From positions 6,967 to 70,966 of the forward strand of contig SHXZ01000011.1 in assembly GCA_009693045.1 (NCBI GenBank): a DNA stretch of 64,000 nucleotides, given 5' to 3'. A model generated the notes under the pieces. That model searched no databases and was not told the DNA's origin. It was given only the letters and a program-made list of their open reading frames with translations. Positions 9,182 to 19,911 of this stretch are shown here, one piece after another. Positions within the stretch are counted from its first letter, which is position 1. Every line of letters begins with the position of its first letter. Source of the DNA: Dehalococcoidia bacterium (GTDB lineage Bacteria; Chloroflexota; Dehalococcoidia; Lucifugimonadales; SHYT01). A program made the translations under genes and the position numbers.

Positions 9182-11106
9182 CCAGCACGTCCTGTCGTGG
9201 CCGCGTTGGTCACGACGGACGCGGTCCCCTTAGCGTCCTGGGTGGGAGCGCCATCCGCCCCGTCGTTGCTGGTCCCCGCGCCGCCGGCTGCTTCCGCAAA
9301 GTGCATGGCGTACAGCCGCGCGTACATCCCGCCCCGCGCCACGAGCTCCGGGTGCGTCCCCTGCTCCGCTATGCGGCCCAGCTCCAGCATCACGATCTGG
9401 TCTGCCGACGTGATGGTCGACAGCCGGTGCGCGATGACAAACGCCGTGCGTCCCTTGAGCACCCGCTGCAGCGCCTCCTGGATCAGCCGCTCCGTGTGCG
9501 AGTCTATGTTCGCCGTCGCCTCGTCCAGGATGATGATGCGCGGGTCCGCGACAATGGCCCGCGCGAAGCTCACGAGCTGCCGCTGGCCCATGCTCAGGTT
9601 CGCGCCCCGCTGCTGCAGCACCGTCTCGTACCCCCGCGGCAGCTCGCGGATGAACTCGTCCGCGCCCACCGCCTTCGCCGCCGCCACGATTTCCTCATCC
9701 GTCGCATCGCGGTGCCGGAACCGGATGTTCTCTCTCACGCTCGTGGAGTACAGGAATGGCTCCTGGGGCACCATGCTCATCTGCCGCACCAGCGACTCGC
9801 GCGTCACCTCGCCGATGTCGACGCCGTCCACCGTGACGCGTCCCTCGTAGCGCTCGTATAGCCGCGCCAGCAGCGAGACGATGGTCGTCTTGCCGGAGCC
9901 GGTCCTGCCCACCAGCGCCACCGTCTCGCCAGGCCGGACGTGCAGGTTGATGTTGCTCAGCACCTGGATGTCCGGCACGTAGTTGAACGAGACCCCCTCA
10001 AACCGGACGTCGCCCCGGACCGGCGGCATCTCCCGCGCGCCCGGCCTGTCGCCCGCCTCCGGCTGCACGTCCAGCAGCTCGAAGATGCGCGCGCCGGAGG
10101 CCATCGCTCGCTGGAACTGCGTGTACTGCATCGTGATCGTCCGGATCGGCTCAAAGAACCGCTGCACAAACAGCAGGAACGACACGAGCACGCCGACCTC
10201 AAGCGCCCCGCGCAGCGCCATCGCGCCGCCCATCACCAGCACCACCGCCATGGAGACCGCCGTCATCAGCTCCACGATCGGCAGCAGCGCGGCCGAGAGC
10301 CACGCGGCGCGGACCGTCGCGTTCCGGTGCTCCGCGTTCAGCGTGTCAAACCGTTGGAGATTGAGCCCCTGGCGGTTCATGCTCTGCGTCACCCGCACGC
10401 CGGAGATGCTCTCCTGCAGGTTGCCGTTCACCGCCGAGATCGCCATGCGCACGCGCACAAACGCCGCGCGGGCGTATCGCTGCCAAAACAGCATCAGCCC
10501 CAGCAGTACCGGCACGACGGCCAGCGTCACCGCTGCCAGCGTCGCGTTCATCCAGAACATCGCCCCCGCGATGAACGTCAGCAGCGCGACGTCTCCGATC
10601 GTTATTACGCCGACGTCCAGAAACTCCTGGATCTGCATCGTGTCGTTCTGCACCCGCGACATGATGCGGCCCACCTCGTTCCGGTCAAAGAACGGCGTGT
10701 CCTGCCGCTGCAGGTGCGCGAACATGTCGGTTCGCAGGTCGTTGATGACCCGCACCGCCACCCTCGCCAGGAAGTAGTACTGCGCATAGTTGAACGCCCA
10801 GTTTGCGGCGGCGTTGGCGAAGAACGCCAGTCCGATCACGTGGATGCTGCCGAAGTGGCTCGCTCCCTCCGGCGCGGCGATGACGCTGTTGATGCCCCAC
10901 GCGATGATGAGCGGCTGCGCGATGGTCGTCGCCATGTACCCCAGCACGCCCACCGTCGCCAGCGCCGACCACAGCCGGTACCGCAGCACGTACCACAGCA
11001 GCCGCACCGCCACGCGATGGTCGTATATCCTGCCCAGCGCCGCCTCGTCCAGGGCGAGGCGGCCGTGCAGCGCGTAGTTGGTGTGTGCGCTTGTGGTGGT
11101 CGCCAT
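9178..11106 (-). CDS. ABC exporter, fused permease/ATPase (MdlB/MsbA type), subunit 2
   Basis: Six-TM exporter domain followed by GRTGSGKTT, LSMGQRQ and ILDEATANID. Confidence 0.9.
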   Translation of the reverse strand: MATTTSAHTNYALHGRLALDEAALGRIYDHRVAVRLLWYVLRYRLWSALATVGVLGYMATTIAQPLIIAWGINSVIAAPEGASHFGSIHVIGLAFFANAAANWAFNYAQYYFLARVAVRVINDLRTDMFAHLQRQDTPFFDRNEVGRIMSRVQNDTMQIQEFLDVGVITIGDVALLTFIAGAMFWMNATLAAVTLAVVPVLLGLMLFWQRYARAAFVRVRMAISAVNGNLQESISGVRVTQSMNRQGLNLQRFDTLNAEHRNATVRAAWLSAALLPIVELMTAVSMAVVLVMGGAMALRGALEVGVLVSFLLFVQRFFEPIRTITMQYTQFQRAMASGARIFELLDVQPEAGDRPGAREMPPVRGDVRFEGVSFNYVPDIQVLSNINLHVRPGETVALVGRTGSGKTTIVSLLARLYERYEGRVTVDGVDIGEVTRESLVRQMSMVPQEPFLYSTSVRENIRFRHRDATDEEIVAAAKAVGADEFIRELPRGYETVLQQRGANLSMGQRQLVSFARAIVADPRIIILDEATANIDSHTERLIQEALQRVLKGRTAFVIAHRLSTITSADQIVMLELGRIAEQGTHPELVARGGMYARLYAMHFAEAAGGAGTSNDGADGAPTQDAKGTASVVTNAATTGRAG

Positions 11107-11171
11107 TCGCCCTATGCCTCTCTGTTATTGCTGGCCTCTGCCGTCAGCCCCGCAATCTCTCGACTTATTCC

Positions 11172-13082
11172 CTACCCACGCCTCACCAAGGAAGGGTTCT
11201 CTGGTTCGTCTTCTCCCGCTGTGAGAGGGCGAGGGAGCCCTAACCCTTCGTCCCCACCGGCGCCGTTCTCACCGCGCGCCGGTTCCACGGTCGCCACCTC
11301 GCGCGCATTCAGCGCCGCCTCCGAACGCACCTGCTCGTCGTGGAGCCGCCGGTACTCGCCGTTCAGCGACAACAGCTCCTCGTGCCGCCCGCGCTCCACG
11401 ATCTCGCCGCCCTTGAACACCAGAATCAGGTCCGCGTTGCGCATGGCGCTGATGCGGTTCGTGATGATGAACGTCGTGCGCCCCTTGACTACGCCGCCCA
11501 GGGCGGTCTGCAGGGCCTGCTCCGTCTCGGCGTCCACGCTGGACGTGGAGTCGTCCAGGATGAGCACCGGAGGGTCTCTCAACAGCGTGCGCGCAATGGA
11601 CAGGCGTTGCTTCTGCCCGCCGGACAGGCCGATGCCTCGCTCGCCGACCACGCTCTCGTACCCCTCAGGCAACCCGGCGATGAAGTCGTGGAGCTGCGCC
11701 GTCTTCGCCGCCTCCACGACGCGCTCCAGGGACGCGTCCGCGGTGCCGTACGCGATGTTCTCGCGGATGCTCGCCGTGTGGATGAACACGTCCTGCTGCA
11801 CAATGCCCACGTTGTCGCGCAGTGAGTCCTGCGTCACGTCCCGAACGTCCACGCCGTCCAGCAGCACGCGTCCCTCGCTCGCGTCGTAGAACCGCGGGAT
11901 CAGGTGCGCGAAGGTCGTCTTACCGCTCCCGGGCCGTCCCATCATCGCCACCGTCCGCCCCTGCGGCACGCGCACGGTCACCTGCTTGAGCACCGGCACG
12001 CCCTCGTCGTAGCTGAACGACACGTTGTCAAAGGCCACCTCGCCGCGCGCGCGCCCCAGCCGCTTGGCGCCGGGCCGGTCCGCAACGGGCGACATCGCAT
12101 CCAACACCTCGAACATGCGCTCGCCGCAGGAGACCGCGCGCGAGAAGCTGTTGACCATCCACCCCATCATCCGCACCGGCATCATGAGCAGCCCGATGTA
12201 GAAGATGAGCGACGTCAGCTCCCCGGGCGTCACGCGCGTGTACGCGGCCTGGCCGTCGGTCACCACCCTGCCGGCGATGACCTCGTGCCCGCCGAACCAC
12301 AGCGCCGTGCCGATGGAGGCGACAAATGCGAGCTGCATCACGGAGAAGTTCCGCGCCCACGAGCTCTCCGCGCGAAACGTCTCGTCGGCCACCTTGCCGG
12401 AGACGGCGCCGAACTTGTCCTTCTCGTGCTCCTCGGCTGCGAAGGCCTTCACCAGGCGGATCCCGCTCAGGTTCTCCTGCAGCGACGTCACCATGTCGCC
12501 GATGAATTCCTGCACGCGGAGCCATATCTTGCGCTGGCTCATGCTCGTCATCACCGCGCGCCAGCCTATGAACGGCACGAACGCCAGGCACACCAGCCCC
12601 AGCTTCACGTCCGTCAGCAGCATCGCCGCCGCGATGCCCGCCACCATCGCAATGACGAACCCAAACCGGATCGCCCCCATGTTGACGAACTGCCGCACGC
12701 CCTCCACGTCCGCCGTCGCGCGCGACATCAGGCCGCCCGTCATCTGCTTGTCGTGGTACGCAAAGCTCAGGTGCTGCAGGCGGTCAAAGAAGGCGTTGCG
12801 GATGTCGTACGCCACCCGCTGCGACACGGCCTCGCCCACGTACGTCTGGCCGAACGAAAACAGCCCGCGCGCCGCGCCCGCCAGGACGAGCACGACGGCG
12901 AAGAGGTAGAGACCAGAGGTGTTGTGCTGGCCGGAGGAGAGCACGCGGTCCACGCCCGCGCCTAGGACGCGGGGAATCGCCAGGGCGGCGAGCGCGGTCC
13001 CCACGACGGAGATGTAGCCCGCCACCACCCGGCTCTTGTACGGCCGCCAGACGAGCAGGAAAATGCGCCATAAAATGCGCAT
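11172..13082 (-). CDS. ABC exporter, fused permease/ATPase, subunit 1 (heterodimer partner)
   Basis: GRPGSGKTT, LSGGQKQR and ILDDSTSSVD. The low-complexity C-terminal tail runs into repeat family E (11209-11246). Confidence 0.9.
   Translation of the reverse strand: MRILWRIFLLVWRPYKSRVVAGYISVVGTALAALAIPRVLGAGVDRVLSSGQHNTSGLYLFAVVLVLAGAARGLFSFGQTYVGEAVSQRVAYDIRNAFFDRLQHLSFAYHDKQMTGGLMSRATADVEGVRQFVNMGAIRFGFVIAMVAGIAAAMLLTDVKLGLVCLAFVPFIGWRAVMTSMSQRKIWLRVQEFIGDMVTSLQENLSGIRLVKAFAAEEHEKDKFGAVSGKVADETFRAESSWARNFSVMQLAFVASIGTALWFGGHEVIAGRVVTDGQAAYTRVTPGELTSLIFYIGLLMMPVRMMGWMVNSFSRAVSCGERMFEVLDAMSPVADRPGAKRLGRARGEVAFDNVSFSYDEGVPVLKQVTVRVPQGRTVAMMGRPGSGKTTFAHLIPRFYDASEGRVLLDGVDVRDVTQDSLRDNVGIVQQDVFIHTASIRENIAYGTADASLERVVEAAKTAQLHDFIAGLPEGYESVVGERGIGLSGGQKQRLSIARTLLRDPPVLILDDSTSSVDAETEQALQTALGGVVKGRTTFIITNRISAMRNADLILVFKGGEIVERGRHEELLSLNGEYRRLHDEQVRSEAALNAREVATVEPARGENGAGGDEGLGLPRPLTAGEDEPENPSLVRRG
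11209..11246 (+). repeat. Family-E repeat (ctccc..gagaggg hairpin plus CGAGGG tail), inside the 3' end of the ABC exporter gene
   Basis: Similar to copies at 25268-25309 and 29695-29730. Confidence 0.55.
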
Positions 13083-13161
13083 AGCAATCAGGCCTGACTC
13101 TACGGCAACGGGCGGCGCGCGTCAATCACGCGTTTTGGGATGGGAAGAGGGGCATTGAGGC

Positions 13162-14085
13162 CTAACTGCGGCCAGGGCTAATCGCATCGCCGGGTTGGCC
13201 GGAAATTTCGCTGCTCAGAACGTAGTGTGTGGTGACAAATCGCTGCATCCACCCAGGGGGGTGCTTGCTGTCAATCCATTGATTGAGCCGCTGGGCGAAC
13301 GGGACCGAGAACCACTTCACTTTCGTCGGCAGCAGAGCATACCCGGCCGGCCGCACCACCATGGACGGGCACTTTGCCGTGATGCCCGACTCGCGCAGGA
13401 CCTTCACCACCTCGCTCCGCGAGAAGAAGCGCGTCCGGTACGGCTTCAAGTTAATCGGGATACGGCCCCGCCCCAGCGCCATGTGCCAGCTACTCGTGGA
13501 CCAACTGTTGGCGAACGAGCGGTCCAGGAAGATGACCCCTCCCGGCTTCAGCACCCTCCCAATCTCGCCGAGCGACTTCGCCACGTCCTGCTTTCGGAGG
13601 TGGTTGTACAGCGCGCACGAGATCACCACGTCCACTGAGGTGTCCTCAAGCGGCAGTCGGTTCTCCGCAGGCTGCCGAAAAAGGACAACTCGAGCACCGG
13701 GCAGGAACCCGAACTGCTCGCGGTATCGCTGCAACGTCAGCAGCATCGTCTCAGAGATGTCCACGCCATAGTACGTGGAGCAGGTGAACCCCTTCTCTGT
13801 GGACAGGTACAGCGGGATGCGTCCAAAACCGCACCCCATCTCCAAAACCGTCCCCACTTTCCGTCCCTCGGGGAAGTGCTCCTTCCACAGCCGGACGTTG
13901 GGTGATACAAGCGTTGTGTAGTCCTTCCGGCCCAAGCCCTTACGTGCCGTTGTCGCGTGGACGATGTCCTGCCGCGCCCACGCGTCATACTGCTCGGACA
14001 CGTCCGTCTGAATGGTCGACCAAGCCTGCCCCTCGGACGAGAGGTGGTAAATACCGTCGCGGAAGATGTACCCCTGCGTCTGCAT
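13162..14085 (-). CDS. Class I SAM-dependent methyltransferase
   Basis: Motif I VLEMGCGFGR; post-I DIS; LKPGGVIFL. Confidence 0.75.
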   Translation of the reverse strand: MQTQGYIFRDGIYHLSSEGQAWSTIQTDVSEQYDAWARQDIVHATTARKGLGRKDYTTLVSPNVRLWKEHFPEGRKVGTVLEMGCGFGRIPLYLSTEKGFTCSTYYGVDISETMLLTLQRYREQFGFLPGARVVLFRQPAENRLPLEDTSVDVVISCALYNHLRKQDVAKSLGEIGRVLKPGGVIFLDRSFANSWSTSSWHMALGRGRIPINLKPYRTRFFSRSEVVKVLRESGITAKCPSMVVRPAGYALLPTKVKWFSVPFAQRLNQWIDSKHPPGWMQRFVTTHYVLSSEISGQPGDAISPGRS

Positions 14086-14119
14086 CGTCTCACGTTCCTC
14101 AGATGACGCTCAGCAGCCC

Positions 14120-15067
14120 TTAGTCCTGGTACCAGGCCAAGTGCTCTCTAAACCACGCCACCGTGTCCGCCAGGCCGTCCTCAAACGACAGCACGGGTTG
14201 GTACCCCAGTAACGCCTTCGCATAGCGAGTATCCCCAACAAGGTGGCGAATATCTCCCGCGCGTGGCGGTCCAAACCGCGGTTCTATGCTTGTGCCCATG
14301 ACTCGATTCAGAGCGGCAGTCAACTCAAGGAGAGCGTACCGCTTCCCGGATCCCACGTTGAACGCCTTCCCCACGCCCTCGCGCGTCTCCATCGCCAGCA
14401 TGTTCGCATGCACCGCGTTCGCCACGTGGATGAAATCGCGCGACTGCCCGCCGTCGCCAAAGATGGTCGGCCGCCGGCCCCGGAGCATCTGCAAGATGAA
14501 CATCGGAATCACTCCGCCGTAGTTGGAGCGGGCGGCCTGCCTGGGGCCAAAGACGTTCATGTATCGCAGCGACACGGTCTCCAGCCCGTAGCTCGCCGTG
14601 AAGGCGCGGCAGTAATGCTCCCCCGCCAGCTTCGCCACGGCGTACGGCGAGATGGGGTTCGGCGCCAGCCCCTCGTGCATCCGGATGCGCCTCGTGGCGC
14701 CGTACACCGAAGACGACGAGGCGTACACCACTCGTCGGACCCCCGCATCACGCGCCGCCGCCAAGACGTTCAGCGTACCCGTCGCGTCCACCTCGTTGAA
14801 CAGCAGCGGGTCCTCAAGCGACCTCGGCACCGACGCCAGCGCCGCCTGGTGGAACACCACCTCCGAGCCCTGAAAGGCCTTGCGCAGCCCGCCCAGGTCC
14901 CGCACATCGCCGTTGACGAGGGCCACGCGTCGCTTCACCTGCTCCAGGTTGCGCGCGTTGCCCGTCGCCAGGCTGTCCACTACGCACACCTCGTGCTCGT
15001 GCCTCAGCAGCTCGTCCACGATGTGCGACCCGATAAACCCGGTCCCGCCAGTCACGACGCAGCGCAT
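14120..15067 (-). CDS. NAD-dependent nucleotide-sugar epimerase/dehydratase (extended SDR)
   Basis: GGTGFIGSH Rossmann motif, ASSSSVYG, and the YxxxK motif in SPYAVAKLAGE. Confidence 0.88.
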   Translation of the reverse strand: MRCVVTGGTGFIGSHIVDELLRHEHEVCVVDSLATGNARNLEQVKRRVALVNGDVRDLGGLRKAFQGSEVVFHQAALASVPRSLEDPLLFNEVDATGTLNVLAAARDAGVRRVVYASSSSVYGATRRIRMHEGLAPNPISPYAVAKLAGEHYCRAFTASYGLETVSLRYMNVFGPRQAARSNYGGVIPMFILQMLRGRRPTIFGDGGQSRDFIHVANAVHANMLAMETREGVGKAFNVGSGKRYALLELTAALNRVMGTSIEPRFGPPRAGDIRHLVGDTRYAKALLGYQPVLSFEDGLADTVAWFREHLAWYQD

Positions 15068-15085
15068 TACGAATGTCCTTGCCAG

Positions 15086-16557
15086 TTATTCAACCCTGAT
15101 GCCGTAGATGAAGTCATCCTCCTGCGACTCAGTTCTCACCCACAAACGGCCCCCGCCGTAGGTCAGGTCATGCCCTCTATGGTAGCCTGTTTGGTCGGGC
15201 ACCGGAAGCTCAACCTTCTTGCTCTGGAACACCAACTCCCCAGTCTGTGGATTGTAAGCCTCAAACGTGCAGTCGCGCCAGTCGCTGCTCCAGATGAGGT
15301 TGTGGTCCGGGTCGTAGGCTGCGCCGGTGCCCGCCACCACGAACCGATTGCCAGTCTGTGTCTTATTCGCCTTGTCTAGCTGCACCAACAAGGCTTCAGT
15401 CCCGACCCACACATAATCACCCTGGACAACAACCATATAAGCGCCTCCAAAATAGCTGGTAATTTTCCCAGCCTCTACATGGAAAGGGATTGTATAAACG
15501 CTGAGCTCGTGGAGTACCTTGCCCGTCGTGTCAATCTGTCGGAGCAGCCCTTCTCCTCTGTCAATGTAATAGATGGTCTCATCCTGAGGATCAATGGCAA
15601 TACCTTCAGTCCCATTAGTGGTGCCTAAGCTCAACACGGGGTGCAGTCGTGCGACCGGCTTTACACGGGCGTTGTTGCATGCCAGCGAATCCACCTCAAA
15701 TAAGTCCTGTCTAAGCTCATAATCGGCCACCCAAATCGTGCTCTTTTTTGGGTCATACGTCACCCCATGAATGTGGAGGAACCCAGCTCTCGGCGAATTG
15801 GCGATGCCGCTGGCGTAGATCACCTTGACGTCCCCCAGCCCTGTTGGCGGCGCGAGCAGGCTCCCGTCGGCGGGCAGCGCGGTGAAGCTGCCAGTCACCT
15901 CCCCAATGCCGACGGTCACTGCGCCAGCGGCCGGTGGCGTGCACTGAAACGAGACCACCTGCTGCTCCAGCCCGGTCTGGAACGTGACACCTTTCTTCCC
16001 GACGCCCTCGTTGTTCACGCTGAGGTTCGCCTGGTACGCTCCACCCACGTCCCCGCTGTTGTAGACCATCGCCTCAACGGTTATCGGGATCCCGCGCGCA
16101 CGCGCTCAGGTTTGACGGTGAGGCAGTTCACCGCGAATGTGGCCGGCTGCAAGGCCGTGAGTTCTGCCGTCTGCGCCCCCACTTTGATGACGTACTTGCC
16201 TGGGCCCTGTGGGGCGTACCGGAAGGTGACTGCCTGTTGTGCCCGCGCTCCCACGGTTACTTCAGCAGTCTCCTGCAGGCTGCCGTTCACTAACAGCTTC
16301 ACCGGGTAGGTCGCCTTCTGGGAGTCGCTGTTGACCACCGTGCCAACAATCAATAGCTCTCCGGGTGCGACGATCCGCTGGGGCGTCACCGAAAGGGCTT
16401 CAACAGGGACTCAGACTGCGGGCTGGTCCGTTTGCCCACAGGCCCAAGAACCGAGCACGGCCACCACCACCAGCAGCAACGCCCCTAGCGCCCACCAAGG
16501 GGGAACACTTCGGGCCACCATAGTTCGGTCTGGGCGCTTTGGACGTTTACGCGTCAT
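15086..16557 (-). pseudogene. Secreted CARDB-CARDB-beta-propeller surface protein, disrupted by an in-frame TGA (16413-16411) and a 1-nt frameshift (about 16085-16100)
   Basis: ATG 16557 overlaps the TGA of the upstream gene (ATGA). The signal/TM segment MTRKRPKRPDRTMVARSVPPWWALGALLLVVVAVLGSWACGQTDQPAV is followed by TGA. CARDB-like repeats then continue in frame. The next repeat (GIPITVEAMVYNSGDVGGAY...) continues in another frame across GCGCGGGATCCCG. Confidence 0.7.
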
Positions 16558-17897
16558 CCCTGCCCCAACCACCCCGCGTCCCCCGTGGCGTGGTACTCAA
16601 TCCCGCGGGAGGCAAAGTCCACCTCCCGCCAGAGCTGAGCGTTGTCCAGCACCAGCTTGCAGCGCGCCAGGCTGTCCAGCAGCGTACCGTGGTCAATGAC
16701 GTGGTACTGGCGGTGCCCGTCTACTACCAGGACGGCGTCAAACTCGCTCAGCCCCTTGGGGTACGCAAAGTACGGCAAGCTCGTGATCTTGCGCACCTCG
16801 TCGGCCGAGTACAGCGGGTCGTTCACCTTCACCTGTACGCCCGCTTCGCGAAGCCTCTGCGCTATCTCTAGCGTCGGGCTCATCGTGTGCACGCGAATAT
16901 TGTGCATGTACGAAAGGCCCAGAATGCCCACGTTCTTGCAACCGCGCTTCACCAGCGAGTCCGCCACCAGCGCGGGCTGCGCCGCACTGGAAACGATGGT
17001 CTGCTTGAGCAGACCCAGCTCGTTCGGGCGCTCCGCGCCCTGGATGACATAATAGCTGGACACGGGCAGGCAGTAGCCGCCCACCCCCAGGCTGGGGTAG
17101 TAGGTCTCCATGTTCCATTTGGTGCCCACCAGCTCCAGCACCTTGCGCATGTCCAGATTCGGGTACGCGCGCGACAGCTCAAACGCCAGCGTCACCCCAA
17201 CCTGGCGGTACGCGTTCTCAATGCTTTTCACGGCCTCCGCGTAGAAGTGGTTTGGGGCTTTCACCAAGTTCTGGCACGCCAGCGAGAGCACCTGCCGCAT
17301 GGCCTCCGCGGTCGGCTCGTCCGCTCCGCCGTACACCCGGTGGATGTACCGCATGGACTTCTCCGGACTGGTGAAGAAGTCCCTGCGTGGTGAGCACCCG
17401 AGCAGCAGGTCTTTCCCCACCCGGAGCCCGCTGTCCTCAAAGAACGGCACGACCTCCTTGTCTATCGTCCCGGGGGTCAGCGTCGACTCAATGATCACGA
17501 GCGGCGGTGACGTCACGCCAAGCCCCTTGTAGGTTGCCAGCTTTCGGCACGTGTCCATCAGCGCCCCCAGATCCGGGTGGCCACCGCGTTCGGTCGGCAC
17601 GCACACGAAATGCACTGCCACGTCCGGCTTGATCAGGTCGCGCCAATCGGTCGTCGCCGTCGCCACGCCGCTGGTGTACAGTGGGCCCGGTGTGAACCCA
17701 AGCCAGTAGTCCATGTTGAAGACCGGGCTTTCACCGCGGTTCACGGTCTCCACCGTCTGCTGGTTCACGTCGTATCCGATGCAGCGCACGCCCCGCTCCG
17801 CGTAGTGGGACATGGACGAGTAGCCAATGTGCCCAATGCCCCAAACGCCTATCTTCTTCCTGCCAGCGAGGAGCTCTTTTCTCAAGTCCATGCTCAT
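16554..17897 (-). CDS. Nucleotide-sugar dehydrogenase (UDP-glucose/GDP-mannose dehydrogenase family, WecC/WbpA-like)
   Basis: N-terminal Rossmann motif IGVWGIGHIGYS plus central and C-terminal UDPG_MGDP_dh-like regions. Start chosen at ATG 17897 with GGAG-type RBS sequences upstream. Confidence 0.85.
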   Translation of the reverse strand: MSMDLRKELLAGRKKIGVWGIGHIGYSSMSHYAERGVRCIGYDVNQQTVETVNRGESPVFNMDYWLGFTPGPLYTSGVATATTDWRDLIKPDVAVHFVCVPTERGGHPDLGALMDTCRKLATYKGLGVTSPPLVIIESTLTPGTIDKEVVPFFEDSGLRVGKDLLLGCSPRRDFFTSPEKSMRYIHRVYGGADEPTAEAMRQVLSLACQNLVKAPNHFYAEAVKSIENAYRQVGVTLAFELSRAYPNLDMRKVLELVGTKWNMETYYPSLGVGGYCLPVSSYYVIQGAERPNELGLLKQTIVSSAAQPALVADSLVKRGCKNVGILGLSYMHNIRVHTMSPTLEIAQRLREAGVQVKVNDPLYSADEVRKITSLPYFAYPKGLSEFDAVLVVDGHRQYHVIDHGTLLDSLARCKLVLDNAQLWREVDFASRGIEYHATGDAGWLGQG

Positions 17898-18234
17898 AGC
17901 ATCTCCAAACTCCTCCGGGGCGCCCCGTTGCGAAATTCCACCCAACGCGTGGTTGCCAACGGCCTTCAGTCAATGTCTAATAGAATAGCTTGACCGAGCT
18001 GGGAATGGTAGCGGAGTCGTTACCGGGGCGGGGCGCTTCAGGCGCCTCCCCTTCAATTCCGCAGGACGATACCGCCGAAAGCTCCGTGCGGGGCGGCAAT
18101 CGGGGTTGCACCCAGGCCACGCGCCAGTGTATTCTTGACCGAGACTCTGAGCATAGCGCGGCGCAACGTCCGAACACGTTGCTCCACAGGCCACGGAATT
18201 CCCCATTTCAGAACGCAGCAACCGAGGGACATCT

Positions 18235-18870
18235 GTGCGGATTCGGTTCTCATTGTTGCCCCGAGAAGAGAAATTCTTCTTCCTCCTGCACCAAAGCACC
18301 ATCACTATCCAGAAGGCTTCTCACAAGCTCCAAGACCTCTTTGAGCACTACGAGAGCGTCCCCGCCAAAGTCGCCGAGATCAAGGAGTTGGAGAATTTTG
18401 GCGATCAGATTATCCACGACATTTTCCAGGCGTTGCACAGGACTTTCATTACGCCTATCGATCGCGAGGACATTGCATTGCTCGCAGAGCGCCTTGACGA
18501 CGTTCTGGACGCCATGGAAGAGGCCGCGCGCTATCTGGTGGAATACAAGATTGAGCAACCCACCTCCTACGCGCGGGAACTGGCGGGTATTCTTTGCCAG
18601 TGCGCCGACCAGTTGGAGAAGGCGACCGCCAGCCTTCACTACCGAGGCGCCAAGCTCCAGCAGATCTTGCCGTACACGGTGGAGATCAACCGCCTTGAGA
18701 ACGAAGGTGATCAGATCGTCAGCCGTGCGATGGGCGACCTGTTCAGCAATGGCAAAGACGCGCTCTACATAATGAAATGGCGGGATATCTACAACGACCT
18801 GGAAGGCGCCGCCGACCGCGCGGAGGACGCCGCCAACATCCTGGAAGGCATTGTGCTCAAGCACGCCTAA
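18235..18870 (+). CDS. DUF47-family (PhoU-like) phosphate-transport regulator
   Basis: Family-typical ...ENFGDQIIHDIFQALHRTFITPIDREDI... and ...ENEGDQIVSRAM...W..IY..LE.A.D..ED. Lies immediately upstream of a PiT transporter. Confidence 0.85.
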   Translation: MRIRFSLLPREEKFFFLLHQSTITIQKASHKLQDLFEHYESVPAKVAEIKELENFGDQIIHDIFQALHRTFITPIDREDIALLAERLDDVLDAMEEAARYLVEYKIEQPTSYARELAGILCQCADQLEKATASLHYRGAKLQQILPYTVEINRLENEGDQIVSRAMGDLFSNGKDALYIMKWRDIYNDLEGAADRAEDAANILEGIVLKHA

Positions 18871-18903
18871 GCGTGCCGGGCTCCATGAGGTTCAACAAGG
18901 CTA

Positions 18904-19911
18904 ATGGCTGAATCTTCGCTCGCCTTCCTGGTGATTGTCATCGCAGTCGCCGTCCTTTTTGATTTCGCCAATGGCTTCAACGACGCTGCCAACGCCATCG
19001 CTACCGTCGTTTCCACGCGGGTGATGCTGCCCATCGTGGCCGTCGCCATGGCGGCCTTGCTCAACTTCGTCGGCGCCCTTTCCGGCACCGCCGTCGCCAA
19101 GGTCATTGGTGCAGGGGTGGTGGACCCGTCCACCATCACATTGGCCACCGTCGGGGCTGGCGTTGCCGCCGCAGCGGTGTGGGTGTTCCTGGCTTCCTGG
19201 CTGGGCTTGCCCATTAGCGGCAGCCACAGCCTCATCGCAGGCATCGCCGGAGCGGCCGTCGCTACCGGCGGGTTGGGCGTCCTTATTTCAAGCGGCGTCA
19301 CGAAAGTCCTGCTGGCTCTGGCTTTCTCTCCGCTGCTGGGGTTCGCCGGCGGCTACGTCCTGATGGTGGCCCTCTTCTGGCTCTTCCGGCGCTCCAGACC
19401 CACGATGGTCAGCGGGCTCTTCGGGCGCCTCCAGATCGTTTCGGCGGCTGCCATGGCTTTTAGCCACGGCTCCAATGACGCGCAGAAGGCCATGGGCGTC
19501 ATCGCGCTCGCCCTCGCGACGCACTACCACTGGGCTGAGCAAGGGATCAAGTTCCATATCCCCTTCTGGGTCATCCTGCTGTCAGCCACCGTCATGGCCG
19601 CAGGGACCTACGCTGGCGGGTGGAGCGTCGTGCGCACCCTGGGCGTCCGTATCGTGCAGATGCGCCCGGTCAACGGCTTCGCCGCCGAAAGCGCCGCCGC
19701 AGCCGTCATCGAGGCGGCGACAAGGCTCGCTGTCCCCGTCAGCACCACCCACATCATCACCGCCACCATCATGGGGCAGGGCTCCACGCGCCGGTTCTCC
19801 GCCGTCCGCTGGGGCGTCGTGCGCGGCATCGTGGTCGCGTGGTTCGTGACGTTCCCCTTCTGCGGCCTGCTGGGCGCCGGGTTCTACAAGCTTCTGCGCT
19901 TAGCACTGTAG
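18904..19911 (+). CDS. pit: Inorganic phosphate transporter, PiT family
   Basis: FDFANGFNDAANAIATVVSTR and FSHGSNDAQKAMG signature repeats. Confidence 0.92.
   Translation: MAESSLAFLVIVIAVAVLFDFANGFNDAANAIATVVSTRVMLPIVAVAMAALLNFVGALSGTAVAKVIGAGVVDPSTITLATVGAGVAAAAVWVFLASWLGLPISGSHSLIAGIAGAAVATGGLGVLISSGVTKVLLALAFSPLLGFAGGYVLMVALFWLFRRSRPTMVSGLFGRLQIVSAAAMAFSHGSNDAQKAMGVIALALATHYHWAEQGIKFHIPFWVILLSATVMAAGTYAGGWSVVRTLGVRIVQMRPVNGFAAESAAAAVIEAATRLAVPVSTTHIITATIMGQGSTRRFSAVRWGVVRGIVVAWFVTFPFCGLLGAGFYKLLRLAL

Noticed and set aside
9940-11889. Long opposite-strand ORFs (for example 9940-11889, 26385-28076, 43889-45424, 7431-8831, 4076-5071 and 60520-61344)
   Set aside because: All of them overlap confidently identified genes on the other strand. 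All translate to Arg/His/Pro/Gly-rich sequence without motifs. They are GC-rich shadow frames, not genes.
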